The translations under genes and the position numbers were made by a program. DNA of 64,000 nucleotides, taken from contig CACILL010000003.1 in NCBI GenBank assembly GCA_902587545.1, positions 19,006-83,005 of the forward strand. The letters are read 5' to 3'. This DNA comes from an uncultured SAR86 cluster bacterium (lineage in GTDB: Bacteria; Pseudomonadota; Gammaproteobacteria; Magnimaribacterales; AG-339-G14). Every line of letters begins with the position of its first letter. The stretch's first letter is position 1. Under the pieces are notes generated by a model. It had not been told where the DNA came from. It worked only from the letters and a program-made list of their open reading frames with translations, and did not search any database. Positions 9,533 to 19,022 of the stretch are shown here, in pieces.

Positions 9533-9599
9533 CTCAGTTGGTTAGAGTACTACCTTGACATGGTAGGGGTCCCCGGTTCGAATCCGGGCGTGTCTACCA
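9523..9599 (+). tRNA. tRNA-Val(GAC)
   Basis: Acceptor stem AGACACG/CGTGTCT, anticodon arm CTACC-TTGACAT-GGTAG, T arm TTCGAAT, encoded CCA. Confidence 0.97.
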
Positions 9600-9615
9600 A
9601 ATTTCTGAGGTAAAA

Positions 9616-9879
9616 ATGCTTGAATTTAATATTTTCAATTCTGCACAAATTTTTGATCAAATTTTTGCATTCATCTGTGTTTACTTACTTACCAGTCTTA
9701 ATGCTAAAACTCGTTTTTATGGCTTTATTATTGGTACTGTTGGTTTTATTCCAGGAGTTTATTTATTAATTGTTACTGAACTTTGGTGGCTATTGGCGTT
9801 TATGCCAATCTGGGTTTATATCAACTACATTGGAATAGTTAATAACTACAGGGAATATAAAAAAACTAAAGTTGCTTAA
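9616..9879 (+). CDS. Small membrane protein (about 3 TM)
   Basis: 87-aa hydrophobic ORF with a GAGG RBS upstream. Confidence 0.7.
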   Translation: MLEFNIFNSAQIFDQIFAFICVYLLTSLNAKTRFYGFIIGTVGFIPGVYLLIVTELWWLLAFMPIWVYINYIGIVNNYREYKKTKVA

Positions 9880-9921
9880 AAGATATTTTTTTATAACTAA
9901 GTTTGTAGGTATTTTCTTCTA

Positions 9922-10437
9922 ATGGATAATCTATTAAAAGGCTTTCTGAGATCAGATCATGCTGGTGAAGTAGGAGCTGTTTATATTTATAAAGGAATTC
10001 TTAAAATTGCTAAGGATCCTGAATTAGTTAATTTTTCCAAAAGGCATTTAGCAACTGAAGAATCTCATCTTCAAAAGATTGAAGGAGTGCTTCCAAAAAA
10101 AGACAGAAGCAAATTAGTTTGGTTGTGGAAAGTTGCTGGCTTTTTACTCGGTTTTCTTCCTACGCTATTCGGTCCAAAAATTGTCTTTGCTACTATAGAA
10201 GCTGTTGAAGCTTTTGTAGAAGAGCACTACGAAGAACAACTCAAATATCTTCGAGCTCAGCCAAATCCTAACCAAGAGCTAATAGATCTTCTTCAGTCGT
10301 GTCAGGACGATGAAATTGATCACAAACTTGAATCAGCTGAAAAGAAAAATTTAACCCCAGGTATTTTTATTAATATCTGGACCAAAATAGTAGGCGGTGG
10401 CTCGGCTTTCGCAGTCAAGGTAGCTAAAATTATCTAA
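9922..10437 (+). CDS. coq7: Demethoxyubiquinone hydroxylase (Coq7/Clk-1 di-iron family)
   Basis: LRSDHAGEVGAVYIY, EESH, VEAFVEEHY and DEIDH di-iron motifs. Confidence 0.9.
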   Translation: MDNLLKGFLRSDHAGEVGAVYIYKGILKIAKDPELVNFSKRHLATEESHLQKIEGVLPKKDRSKLVWLWKVAGFLLGFLPTLFGPKIVFATIEAVEAFVEEHYEEQLKYLRAQPNPNQELIDLLQSCQDDEIDHKLESAEKKNLTPGIFINIWTKIVGGGSAFAVKVAKII

Positions 10438-10471
10438 TAAAATTCCAGTTGCATTTTCTCCTAATGTAAAT

Positions 10472-10493
10472 ATACTGTATATATATACAGTAT
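10472..10493. promoter_or_regulatory. LexA (SOS) box overlapping the umuDC promoter
   Basis: ATACTGTATATATATACAGTAT is a perfect palindrome equal to the gammaproteobacterial consensus CTG-N10-CAG; putative -35 TTGCAT (10449) and -10 TATACT (10471). Confidence 0.95.
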
Positions 10494-10515
10494 TAATTAT
10501 TCAACCTTAATATTT

Positions 10516-10941
10516 ATGAATTTAAAACATTTAGGGCAGATTGCGGACTCTGACAGAAACTCAGAAACGCCTTTGTTTTCTGAGTACGTTCAAGTAGGTT
10601 GGCCAAGTCCTGCAGATGACTACATAGAAAAATCAATTGATTTACATCAACTCTTAATAAAAGCTCCAGCTGCTACTTATCTCGTGAGAGCAAATGGAGA
10701 TTCCATGTTAAATGCAGGAATCAATAATGGCGCAATACTTATAGTTGATAGGAGTCTAGAGCCTAAACATGGTGACATCGTTATCGCTTCCATCGATGGT
10801 GCTTATGCTTGTAAGCGTCTTCAATTAACACCTAAGGTGGGTTTACTATCAGAGAATATTAAATACCCGCCAATTTTTTTAAAGAACGGAGAAGAACTAG
10901 ACATAATGGGAGTTGTTACTGCGGCAATAAATCAGTTTTAA
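10516..10941 (+). CDS. umuD: DNA polymerase V subunit UmuD (S24 peptidase)
   Basis: GWPSPADDY, catalytic GDSM and KRL; SOS box upstream. Confidence 0.95.
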   Translation: MNLKHLGQIADSDRNSETPLFSEYVQVGWPSPADDYIEKSIDLHQLLIKAPAATYLVRANGDSMLNAGINNGAILIVDRSLEPKHGDIVIASIDGAYACKRLQLTPKVGLLSENIKYPPIFLKNGEELDIMGVVTAAINQF

Positions 10942-10942
10942 G

Positions 10943-12205
10943 ATGTTTGCTTTAGTAGACTGTAATAGTTTTTACGCGTCGTGCGAAAGAGTTTTTAGGC
11001 CAGATCTTAGAACAAAACCAGTAGTAGTTTTATCAAATAATGATGGCTGCGTCGTTGCTTTAACTAAGGAAGCAAAAAATCTTGGAATCAAGATGTGCGA
11101 TCCTTGGTTTAAAATCGAAAAGACATTCAAGCAAAAAGGTGGGATTGCATTCTCATCTAATTATGAACTGTATGGCGATATTTCGTCTCGAATTATGAGT
11201 ATTTTAGAAGAGCTTGCTCCTAAAGTAGAAATTTATAGTATTGATGAAGCATTTCTTGATTTAACCGGTATATCTAATTGCATGGACTTAGAAGAGTTCG
11301 GTAGAGTCTGTCAAAAAAAAATTATGCAGTATACCGGGATGCCAGTTCGTGTCGGTATAGGCCCCACAAAGACCTTGGCCAAGGTTGCAAGTTATGGCGC
11401 TAAGCGTTATCCAACTACTCAAGGAGTGCTAGACGTCACTGCATTGCACAAAAGAACAAAACTCATGAAGCTAATGCCGGTAAATGAAATATGGGGAGTA
11501 GGACGGAGATTAAATAAGCGCCTTCTTTCCCAAAGAGTTTCAACCGCATTTAATCTAAGCCAAATGGACATAGGACAGGTACGAAAACAATTTAGTATTA
11601 TGTTGGTTAATACCATTAGAGAGCTAAGAGGAGAGACTTGTATTCCCTTGGATGATGCACCCGCACCAAAAAAACAAATAGTAGTTAGTCGGACTTTTGG
11701 CAAACGCGTCACAGAACTAGATTTTTTAGAGGAAGCGGTTAGTGATTACGCAGCCCGAGCAGCTGAAAAATTAAGAAAAGAGGGGAAGGCTTGTAAGAAC
11801 ATTTCTATCTTCATTAGAACCAATCCTTTTAGAAAACAAGATGTCCAGCATAGAGAAATTAGATCAATTTCTCTTTTATATCCAACTAATGACACAAGAG
11901 ACTTGATTAAGTCTGCAAAACTTTTACTAAAGGACTTATATCGAAAAGACTTTAACTACAATAAAGCTGGCATTATGTTGAGTGATTTTTTTGATGAAAC
12001 TGTATATCAACTAGACTTGTTCAAACAAAAAGACAGAAATACTAGAGACTTTAAGATGATGAGCTTAGTCGATCAAATTAACCAAAGTAATTTAGGACCT
12101 GTGAGTTTTCTTGCACAAGGAATTAAAAAAGAATGGTCAATGAAAAGAGAATTACAATCTCCTCGATATACGACCAACTTACAAGATATTCTAGCGGTTA
12201 ATTAA
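10943..12205 (+). CDS. umuC: DNA polymerase V subunit UmuC (Y family)
   Basis: MFALVDCNSFYASCE, SNNDGC, YSIDEAFLD, WSMKRELQSPRYTT. Confidence 0.96.
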   Translation: MFALVDCNSFYASCERVFRPDLRTKPVVVLSNNDGCVVALTKEAKNLGIKMCDPWFKIEKTFKQKGGIAFSSNYELYGDISSRIMSILEELAPKVEIYSIDEAFLDLTGISNCMDLEEFGRVCQKKIMQYTGMPVRVGIGPTKTLAKVASYGAKRYPTTQGVLDVTALHKRTKLMKLMPVNEIWGVGRRLNKRLLSQRVSTAFNLSQMDIGQVRKQFSIMLVNTIRELRGETCIPLDDAPAPKKQIVVSRTFGKRVTELDFLEEAVSDYAARAAEKLRKEGKACKNISIFIRTNPFRKQDVQHREIRSISLLYPTNDTRDLIKSAKLLLKDLYRKDFNYNKAGIMLSDFFDETVYQLDLFKQKDRNTRDFKMMSLVDQINQSNLGPVSFLAQGIKKEWSMKRELQSPRYTTNLQDILAVN

Positions 12206-12208
12206 AGC

Positions 12209-13216
12209 TTACTTATTAGAGAACCAAGCTACATCGGCAGTAGATTCTTCTATTTTGTTTTGAACTCCTAAGACTAAAGAAAAGAGTGCCATTCTAATTA
12301 AAAGACCGTTATCGGTTTGTCTGTAAATAGCCAGATTAGGATTTTGATTGAGATCAGGATCTAATTCGTTTGCGTCTGGACGAGAATCGCGGGGAAGAGG
12401 ATGCATGATTATGGTATTGGGTTCACAGTTTTTAGTATAAATGTCTTGGTTTAAAGACATGAGTCCTTTGTACTTTCCAGACTCAGATTTACTAGAAAAT
12501 CTTTCCTCTTGAATTCGAGTCATATAAATAATATCCACGTCAGAAATACCTTTTGTGATGTCATCTGTTTCAAAAAAACTTACAGAAGATTCTTTAAAAG
12601 TTTCTTTAATAGAGGATGGAAGTTTTAACTTTTTAGGAGAAATTAAGTTTATGGTTACATCTTGATATAGGCAGAGAACCTTGCATAAAGAATGTACAGC
12701 TCTTCCGTATTTTAGATCACCTATCAGAGCAATTCTCAAACCATCAATTGATTTATTCTTTGATTCCAACTCTTTTTTTATAGTGTAAAGGTCCAATAAA
12801 GCCTGACTAGGATGTTCATTATCACCATCGCCTCCATTTATGACAGGAACCCTTGAAGCTTCTGCAAATTCGTTAACCGATCCCGCTTCATGATGTCGCA
12901 TGACAATTATGTCGCTGTAGCCACTTAAAACTCTTGAGGTATCATAAAGGGATTCGCCTTTAGCCAATGAAGTTGCTTCTATTCCTGTAGTCTCTCTTAC
13001 TTCTCCGCCTAAAATATTAAATGCACTTCCAAAGCTTATTCTGGTCCTTGTACTAGGTTCGAAAAACATGTTTGAAAGAATCGCTCCTTGAAGCACACGA
13101 GTAATTCTTTCTCTTTTTGCGTAAGGAACTAGAGCGTCAGAGGTTGTAAATATTTTTTCTATGTCAGTTCTTTCAAACTGATCTATGGAGAGAATGTGGC
13201 TTCCAAGGAACTCCAT
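12209..13216 (-). CDS. pyrB: Aspartate carbamoyltransferase catalytic subunit
   Basis: FFEPSTRTRISF, HPSQALLD, MHPLPR. Start is probably the ATG at 13216, 7 nt after TGcTAGAAT. Confidence 0.93.
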   Translation of the reverse strand: MEFLGSHILSIDQFERTDIEKIFTTSDALVPYAKRERITRVLQGAILSNMFFEPSTRTRISFGSAFNILGGEVRETTGIEATSLAKGESLYDTSRVLSGYSDIIVMRHHEAGSVNEFAEASRVPVINGGDGDNEHPSQALLDLYTIKKELESKNKSIDGLRIALIGDLKYGRAVHSLCKVLCLYQDVTINLISPKKLKLPSSIKETFKESSVSFFETDDITKGISDVDIIYMTRIQEERFSSKSESGKYKGLMSLNQDIYTKNCEPNTIIMHPLPRDSRPDANELDPDLNQNPNLAIYRQTDNGLLIRMALFSLVLGVQNKIEESTADVAWFSNK

Positions 13217-13289
13217 CGCGGCCATTCTAGCATTAAATTATTTATTTTATGGAATTAATAATTTTTTAAAATTCTTGTATCATTAATTC

Positions 13290-13805
13290 ATGTCTAGCGA
13301 TTGTTTGATACTTAATGGAAATGGAAAGCCTCTGAGTTATTTTCCTTTATCGGCAGTAGATTGGAAAACTGCTGTCAAATTAGTATTTACTAGAAACGTT
13401 ATTGTTATCAAAGAGCATGATGATTGGGAAGTAAGATCGCCATCGCAATCTTTCAAAGTGCCGAGTATTGTCATGTTAAGAAAGTATTACAAGTTTTCAA
13501 AAAAAGTTAAGTTTTCTAGATCTAATGTATTTTTGAGAGACATGTTTACTTGCCAATACTGCAAAAATGTTTTCGAAAAAAAAGATTTAACTATTGATCA
13601 TATAATTCCAAAAAGTAAGGGCGGAGAAACCAATTGGTTAAATGTAACTACCTGTTGTAAATCTTGTAATTTATCAAAGGCAGATAAAATAATTGACCCT
13701 TCTCCAGAAGTAAAAACTCCTTCTTTGAGAGATCTAATCAAAGGCCAAGAATCTATAGGGACAAAAAAAATAGAAACCGATTGGCAGGAATACATAGTTG
13801 CCTAA
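13290..13805 (+). CDS. HNH endonuclease family protein
   Basis: RDMFTCQYC...TIDHIIPKSKGG...WLNVTTCCKSCNLSK. Confidence 0.92.
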   Translation: MSSDCLILNGNGKPLSYFPLSAVDWKTAVKLVFTRNVIVIKEHDDWEVRSPSQSFKVPSIVMLRKYYKFSKKVKFSRSNVFLRDMFTCQYCKNVFEKKDLTIDHIIPKSKGGETNWLNVTTCCKSCNLSKADKIIDPSPEVKTPSLRDLIKGQESIGTKKIETDWQEYIVA

Positions 13806-13806
13806 A

Positions 13807-15819
13807 TTAATTCAAGTAATCTTGAATTAACGATTCGGTTAAGATTTCCGGCAAAATAATTGGTACGCTTTCCTCATCTGGATAATAAATATAAAGCGGG
13901 ATGCTAGATCTTCCAAAGCTAGCAAGTTTTTTTGCAATTAATTCATTTTTATTTGTCCAATCTGCCTCTAAGTAAAAGATATTTTTTTTCTCAAAAAATT
14001 TTAGAGTTTCTTCAGTCTTTAGAGCAACTCTTTCATTTACTTTACAAGTAATGCACCAATCAGCTGTGAAATTTAAAAAAACCGGACCTTTTGCTAAGTT
14101 TTTAGCTAACTCCTCATCACTAAAAACATTGCTATCTTGCTGAAGAGAAGCTTTTTGTATTGGCAAAGTAAAGAATAAGGAAACTAAGACTGCAAGGTAA
14201 ATAACATTTCTAAATTGCAATCCTATCTTAGAATATATTTTGAGTTGGTTTAACCAATAAAAAAATACAATTAAAGAAATCCCTAAAAGTACTAAGATAA
14301 GCTGAAAAGAATCAATCTGACTACTTAAGACCCATACCAGCCACAAAGCAGTAAGAATCATAGGAAAGGCCATAAACTGCTTAAAAGTTTCCATCCAAAT
14401 TCCAGGTCTTGGGAGTAAGGACAGCATACTCGGAAAAATTGATAAAAGAATATATGGCAAAGAAAATCCAATTCCCAAAGAAAGAAAAATTAAAAAAGAT
14501 GAAAAGCCTGGCTGGAGGATTGCAAAACCCAGTGCAGAGCCCATAAATGGAGCAGTACAAGGGGTGGCAACAATCACTGCTAGAAAGCCTGTACCAAAAG
14601 AATTCATATAGCTAGGAGTACTAATTCCAGAGGAACCTATACTAAGTAAAGAATTTAAGAAATTAACATCCAACAAAAAGAATCCAGCTAAGAAAATAAA
14701 GAGGAAAATCAATAAACTTACAACGAGAGGCGACTGGAGTTGATATCCCCATCCAATGTCCATGCCTAATCCTTTTAGAAGAACTACGGAAAGACCAATT
14801 AAAACGAACATTAAGATTGATCCAGACGAAAAAGCGAAACCATGTAATGAGGTTTGGGCTTTATTTTCAGAGTGATTGATAAAATTTAGAATTTTCAGAG
14901 AGATTACAGGAAAAACGCACGGCATTAAATTCAGTAAAAGGCCACCAATTAAAGAAAATAAAATTGCAGCTGAAAGAGAGATGAATTCTGGATTTAAGGT
15001 TGATTGAGTAGAGATAAAATCAGAAGCTAATTCAATTTCATAATCACCTATATTTGTTTTTAAAATACCACCTGACAAGCTTTCAGCCTTATTCTTTTCA
15101 AGAAGTTTTATATTTAGATTAATTTCATCAAAGTTTTTTTCTAAGTTTTGATTGGATGAGTAATCAATTATATTTTCCTCAAAGGGAAAGAAATAAGCTT
15201 TTTTTATATCAGAACCAATATCACTAAGATTTAGGATAAGTGTTCCACTTTCAATTTTAGAGTTTATTTTTTGCTTTAACCTTTTCGGAATAGTCGATTT
15301 AACTTCGCTAATTAAAATGTTTTTAATTGAAAAATCATTACCGCTTCCTTTGGAAAGTACAAAGTTCACTTTTCCTTCTTGAGGTATACAAACATCTGCA
15401 CATACCAACCATTTTGATTTCACAGAAAATTCATTGATTGGATCAAATTGCTTGGGGAGAGACAGTTTGAAAAGAAGCTTTAACTCATTTGTATAACCAA
15501 AAGTAGTTAGTGGAGGATAAGGTATCAGTTCAGGAGTAGGCCAAACTGGCTCAGAAATATTAAATCCTTCAGGAAGGTCCCAATTAAAAGATGCAGGATC
15601 TCCTGAATCTCCAGGATTGATCCAATAGGTATGCCAATCTTTATCTAAATTGAATCTTACAACTAAGAAGATTTCACTTTCATTAGCAATAACATCTCTT
15701 TCAGGGATTACTTCGAAAGATGAATTTGAGGCGACAAACTTGTTTTCTAATAAAGCTTCAGAGCTCAAAAGAATTAACGATAGAAATAACAGGATTGGAT
15801 AATTTCTAAGCCTTGCCAT
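13807..15819 (-). CDS. dsbD: Thiol:disulfide interchange protein, DsbD family
   Basis: WHTYWINPGDSG, WLVCADVCIP, NLMPCVFPV, ATPCTAPFMG, C-terminal ADWCITC. Confidence 0.92.
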   Translation of the reverse strand: MARLRNYPILLFLSLILLSSEALLENKFVASNSSFEVIPERDVIANESEIFLVVRFNLDKDWHTYWINPGDSGDPASFNWDLPEGFNISEPVWPTPELIPYPPLTTFGYTNELKLLFKLSLPKQFDPINEFSVKSKWLVCADVCIPQEGKVNFVLSKGSGNDFSIKNILISEVKSTIPKRLKQKINSKIESGTLILNLSDIGSDIKKAYFFPFEENIIDYSSNQNLEKNFDEINLNIKLLEKNKAESLSGGILKTNIGDYEIELASDFISTQSTLNPEFISLSAAILFSLIGGLLLNLMPCVFPVISLKILNFINHSENKAQTSLHGFAFSSGSILMFVLIGLSVVLLKGLGMDIGWGYQLQSPLVVSLLIFLFIFLAGFFLLDVNFLNSLLSIGSSGISTPSYMNSFGTGFLAVIVATPCTAPFMGSALGFAILQPGFSSFLIFLSLGIGFSLPYILLSIFPSMLSLLPRPGIWMETFKQFMAFPMILTALWLVWVLSSQIDSFQLILVLLGISLIVFFYWLNQLKIYSKIGLQFRNVIYLAVLVSLFFTLPIQKASLQQDSNVFSDEELAKNLAKGPVFLNFTADWCITCKVNERVALKTEETLKFFEKKNIFYLEADWTNKNELIAKKLASFGRSSIPLYIYYPDEESVPIILPEILTESLIQDYLN

Positions 15820-16363
15820 AATTACTACTTACTAAATTAAGATTAAAGCCTGCAAGTTTACTTGCCTCTTCAATCTTTTTATCACTCTTAGTTGAAAAGA
15901 TTATTTGCTCATTAGCAGGAATTATTACCCAAGAACCTTGTTGGATTTCTTTTTCAAGTTGACCAGAACTCCAGCCTGTATATCCAAACGAAACTATAAA
16001 TTTATCAGGAAAATTTTTATTAAGAATTGATTGGATTATATCTGGTTTTGATGACACTCCAATCTCAGAAGTAATTGCATGAGTTTCATCATATTTTTTT
16101 TCTAAACTATGAAGTACAAATGGTGAAAAAGGGGTAACAGGACCTCCTAAAAATACTTTATCATCATTTAGAATTGCTTCTAGCTCTTTGTCGGGTTGTA
16201 AGGCAAAATCTTTTAAATTAATTTTTACCTTCTTATTTATAATAATTCCAAAGGAACCTTCTTTATCATTTTTACATAAGTAAATTAGAGCATTTTTGAA
16301 ATAGTTTTCTTCTTCATCAGTTTGACAAAAATATAAGAAACTATTTTCTAGTTCAGTAATCAT
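15806..16363 (-). CDS. yqgE: YqgE/AlgH family protein
   Basis: GSFGIIIN, FLGGPV, GYTGWSSGQLEKEI...GSW; start likely at 16363. Confidence 0.88.
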   Translation of the reverse strand: MITELENSFLYFCQTDEEENYFKNALIYLCKNDKEGSFGIIINKKVKINLKDFALQPDKELEAILNDDKVFLGGPVTPFSPFVLHSLEKKYDETHAITSEIGVSSKPDIIQSILNKNFPDKFIVSFGYTGWSSGQLEKEIQQGSWVIIPANEQIIFSTKSDKKIEEASKLAGFNLNLVSSNYGKA

Positions 16364-16420
16364 TATTATTTCAATATATTGCTTATATTCATTAGAATTC
16401 ACAATATATTTTTAAAACTT

Positions 16421-17458
16421 ATGAAAACTTCTTCTATTGAACTAATTCCAGAGAATTTATTGGCTTCGCATAAAAGAAAGCTTTATGCCGAAGATAAAAT
16501 TACTCCAGAAGAGCTTGAATTAGTAAAAAAAATTAAAGATAAAGTTTTAGAGAATAATATATCTCTTATTTCTCACTACTACACAGATACAAAAATTCAA
16601 AAAATTACCGAAGAACTCAACGGGTGTGTTTCTGATTCCTTGCAAATGGCTAAGTTCGGAAAAGAATCCAAATCAAATACTCTGGTAGTCTCAGGTGTAA
16701 AGTTTATGGGAGAGACCGCTAAAATCTTAAGTCCAGAAAAAAAGGTTTATATGCCTACCTTAGAGGCAACTTGCTCTTTAGACTTAGGATGTCCTGCTAA
16801 TGAGTTTAAGAAATTTTGTGAAGACTTTCCTGATAGAGAAATAGTCGTTTATGCAAATACCTCAGCTGAAGTTAAAGCTATTTCAGATTGGGTTGTTACT
16901 TCTAGCATTGCTTTAGATGTCATCGATTATCTCGATTCTGAAGGAAAAAAAATTATTTGGGGTCCAGATAAACATTTAGGAAGATATATTCAACAAAAAA
17001 CCAAAGCCGATATGGTTTTATGGGATGGAGCTTGCGTTGTTCATGAAGAATTCAAATATGAAGGTCTCAAATCTCTTATGAAACTACACCATGATGCTGA
17101 GGTTCTGGTTCATCCAGAATCACCTCATGACGTGATAGATTTAGCAGACTGTGTTGGCTCAACTTCACAAATAATAGACTATGCTAACAATTCGTCTTCG
17201 AAGAAATTTATAGTCGCAACTGACAAAGGAATTTTTTATCAACTAATGAAAAATAATCCAGATAAAGAATTTTTTGAAGCTCCAACCGCAGGAGACGGCG
17301 CTACATGCAATAGTTGTTCAAGGTGTCCTTGGATGGGCATGAACTCTCTTGAAAATTTATTAGATGCAGTTTCCGACAAAGGAGATGAAATCAATGTAGA
17401 TAATGAAATTTTAAAAAAAGCCCAGATTTCTCTTAATCGCATGGTCAACTTTAAATAA
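16421..17458 (+). CDS. nadA: Quinolinate synthase
   Basis: SHYY, GVKFMGETAKILSP, CSLD, YANTSA, CVVHE, HPES, CPWM. Confidence 0.96.
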   Translation: MKTSSIELIPENLLASHKRKLYAEDKITPEELELVKKIKDKVLENNISLISHYYTDTKIQKITEELNGCVSDSLQMAKFGKESKSNTLVVSGVKFMGETAKILSPEKKVYMPTLEATCSLDLGCPANEFKKFCEDFPDREIVVYANTSAEVKAISDWVVTSSIALDVIDYLDSEGKKIIWGPDKHLGRYIQQKTKADMVLWDGACVVHEEFKYEGLKSLMKLHHDAEVLVHPESPHDVIDLADCVGSTSQIIDYANNSSSKKFIVATDKGIFYQLMKNNPDKEFFEAPTAGDGATCNSCSRCPWMGMNSLENLLDAVSDKGDEINVDNEILKKAQISLNRMVNFK

Positions 17459-17459
17459 A

Positions 17460-18293
17460 TTGAAATTAAAAAAAGGCATAGTCAGTAATAGCGTAAAGAG
17501 AGCTTTACTTGAAGATGGATATAAAAAAGATCTTTCTTTAAAAGCAAGAAACATCAATCTAAAGAATATTTTAAAAGCGTCTCTAATATCTAGGGAAAAT
17601 GGAATCTTAAGTGGTAGTCTATGGTTCGAAGAATCCTTCAAGCAAATTGATAATAAAGCAAAAATAAAATGGAGCGTAACTGAAGGAGAGGCTTTTAAAA
17701 AAGATAATATAATTGCCGAAATAAATGCTAGCTCACAATCAATTCTTTCAGGAGAGAGAACAGCTTTAAATTTTTTACAAATGATGTCTGGAATATCTAC
17801 TAAAACAAATAAATATTCAAAGCTCCTTAAAAACAGCAATATTGAATTATTAGATACCAGAAAGACTCTTCCCGGGCTTAGATACGAACAAAAGTATTCA
17901 ACTTTTGTTGGAGGAGCAAAAAATCATAGATTTGGCCTTTTTGATGCAATTATGCTTAAAGATAATCATCTAAAAGCTTTTGGTGGTATTAAAAAAATAA
18001 AAAATATTAAATTTCTAAAAAAGGGTGATTTTTTAGAGATTGAGATCGAAAAGCTTTCTCAAATTAAAGCAGCATTGAAAAGCAAACCGGATATTTTATT
18101 ACTCGATAATTTAAATCTTAGCGAAATAAAAAAAGCAATTTCTCTTATTGACAATAAATGTTTGATTGAAGTTTCAGGAATAAAGAAGCCAGAAGACATT
18201 AAAAAATATAAAGATCTTCCTATCCATTATATTTCACTAGGAGATCTTACAAAAAATATTGAATCTATAGATTTTTCTCTAAATATTTCATGA
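17460..18293 (+). CDS. nadC: Quinolinate phosphoribosyltransferase
   Basis: GERTALNFLQ, DTRKTLPGLR, NHRFGLFDAIMLKDNH; TTG start. Confidence 0.95.
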   Translation: MKLKKGIVSNSVKRALLEDGYKKDLSLKARNINLKNILKASLISRENGILSGSLWFEESFKQIDNKAKIKWSVTEGEAFKKDNIIAEINASSQSILSGERTALNFLQMMSGISTKTNKYSKLLKNSNIELLDTRKTLPGLRYEQKYSTFVGGAKNHRFGLFDAIMLKDNHLKAFGGIKKIKNIKFLKKGDFLEIEIEKLSQIKAALKSKPDILLLDNLNLSEIKKAISLIDNKCLIEVSGIKKPEDIKKYKDLPIHYISLGDLTKNIESIDFSLNIS

Positions 18294-19009
18294 AGCCGAT
18301 AGTAGTTTTTTGTTTGTTTTTATTAATCCTTTCTGGCTGTTCTAAACAAAATGAAAATATTTCAAAGCAAGATAAAAAAATTTATGAATTTTCTTGGTGT
18401 AGTTATAAGGACGGTTTTAAAGCTCAAGATCTAAATAATGAATTAATATCTTATTTAGGATTCTTAAAAAATCTCGAGGATCAACATGGACTTTACAAAG
18501 AAACTAAATACTTGAATCCATCTTTTAAACAAAAAAAATATGATTTTTCTTGGCTAGATATTTTTGAAAATGAATTGGAAAAGAAAGCGTTTTATGAGTT
18601 CGCAGAAAGCTCTGAAATTCACAAAAATTGGTTGAGTAGCAAAGATGAAATAATTATCTGTGATACTCAAAAACAGACATTTTATGAAACTAAAATTACG
18701 AATAATTATGATTTTTTAGATGGCGATCAGACATATGTAGGATTTTGCAAACTAAAAGATGGATTTGATTTGGATTTCTTAATATCTGAGATAAGGAGAA
18801 ATTCTATTTTTATGGATAAACCTTATAATCAATTAGTTCTTACTCCTGATTTCAACATGATAGATTTTAATTTTTTGATTTACTTAGAAACAAATTTTGT
18901 TATGAATGATCTTAATCTTTTAAAGAAAAATGGACTGGATAATGCTTGTGAAGAATATGAAAATTACTCTGCAAATAGTTTATTATTTAATACTTACACC
19001 ATCGATTAA
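18290..19009 (+). CDS. Lipoprotein of unknown function (internal duplication)
   Basis: Lipobox ILSGC; two similar halves (FSWCSYKDG / VGFCKLKDG). Confidence 0.75.
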   Translation: MKPIVVFCLFLLILSGCSKQNENISKQDKKIYEFSWCSYKDGFKAQDLNNELISYLGFLKNLEDQHGLYKETKYLNPSFKQKKYDFSWLDIFENELEKKAFYEFAESSEIHKNWLSSKDEIIICDTQKQTFYETKITNNYDFLDGDQTYVGFCKLKDGFDLDFLISEIRRNSIFMDKPYNQLVLTPDFNMIDFNFLIYLETNFVMNDLNLLKKNGLDNACEEYENYSANSLLFNTYTID

Positions 19010-19022
19010 CTGAGGTTCAACT

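Noticed and set aside
9523-12205. Integrative element at tRNA-Val(GAC) carrying umuDC
   Set aside because: No integrase and no duplicated tRNA 3' end seen downstream.
13290-13805. HNH nuclease as a defence system or mobile element
   Set aside because: Stand-alone, widespread HNH type; no methylase, repeats, intron or integrase context.
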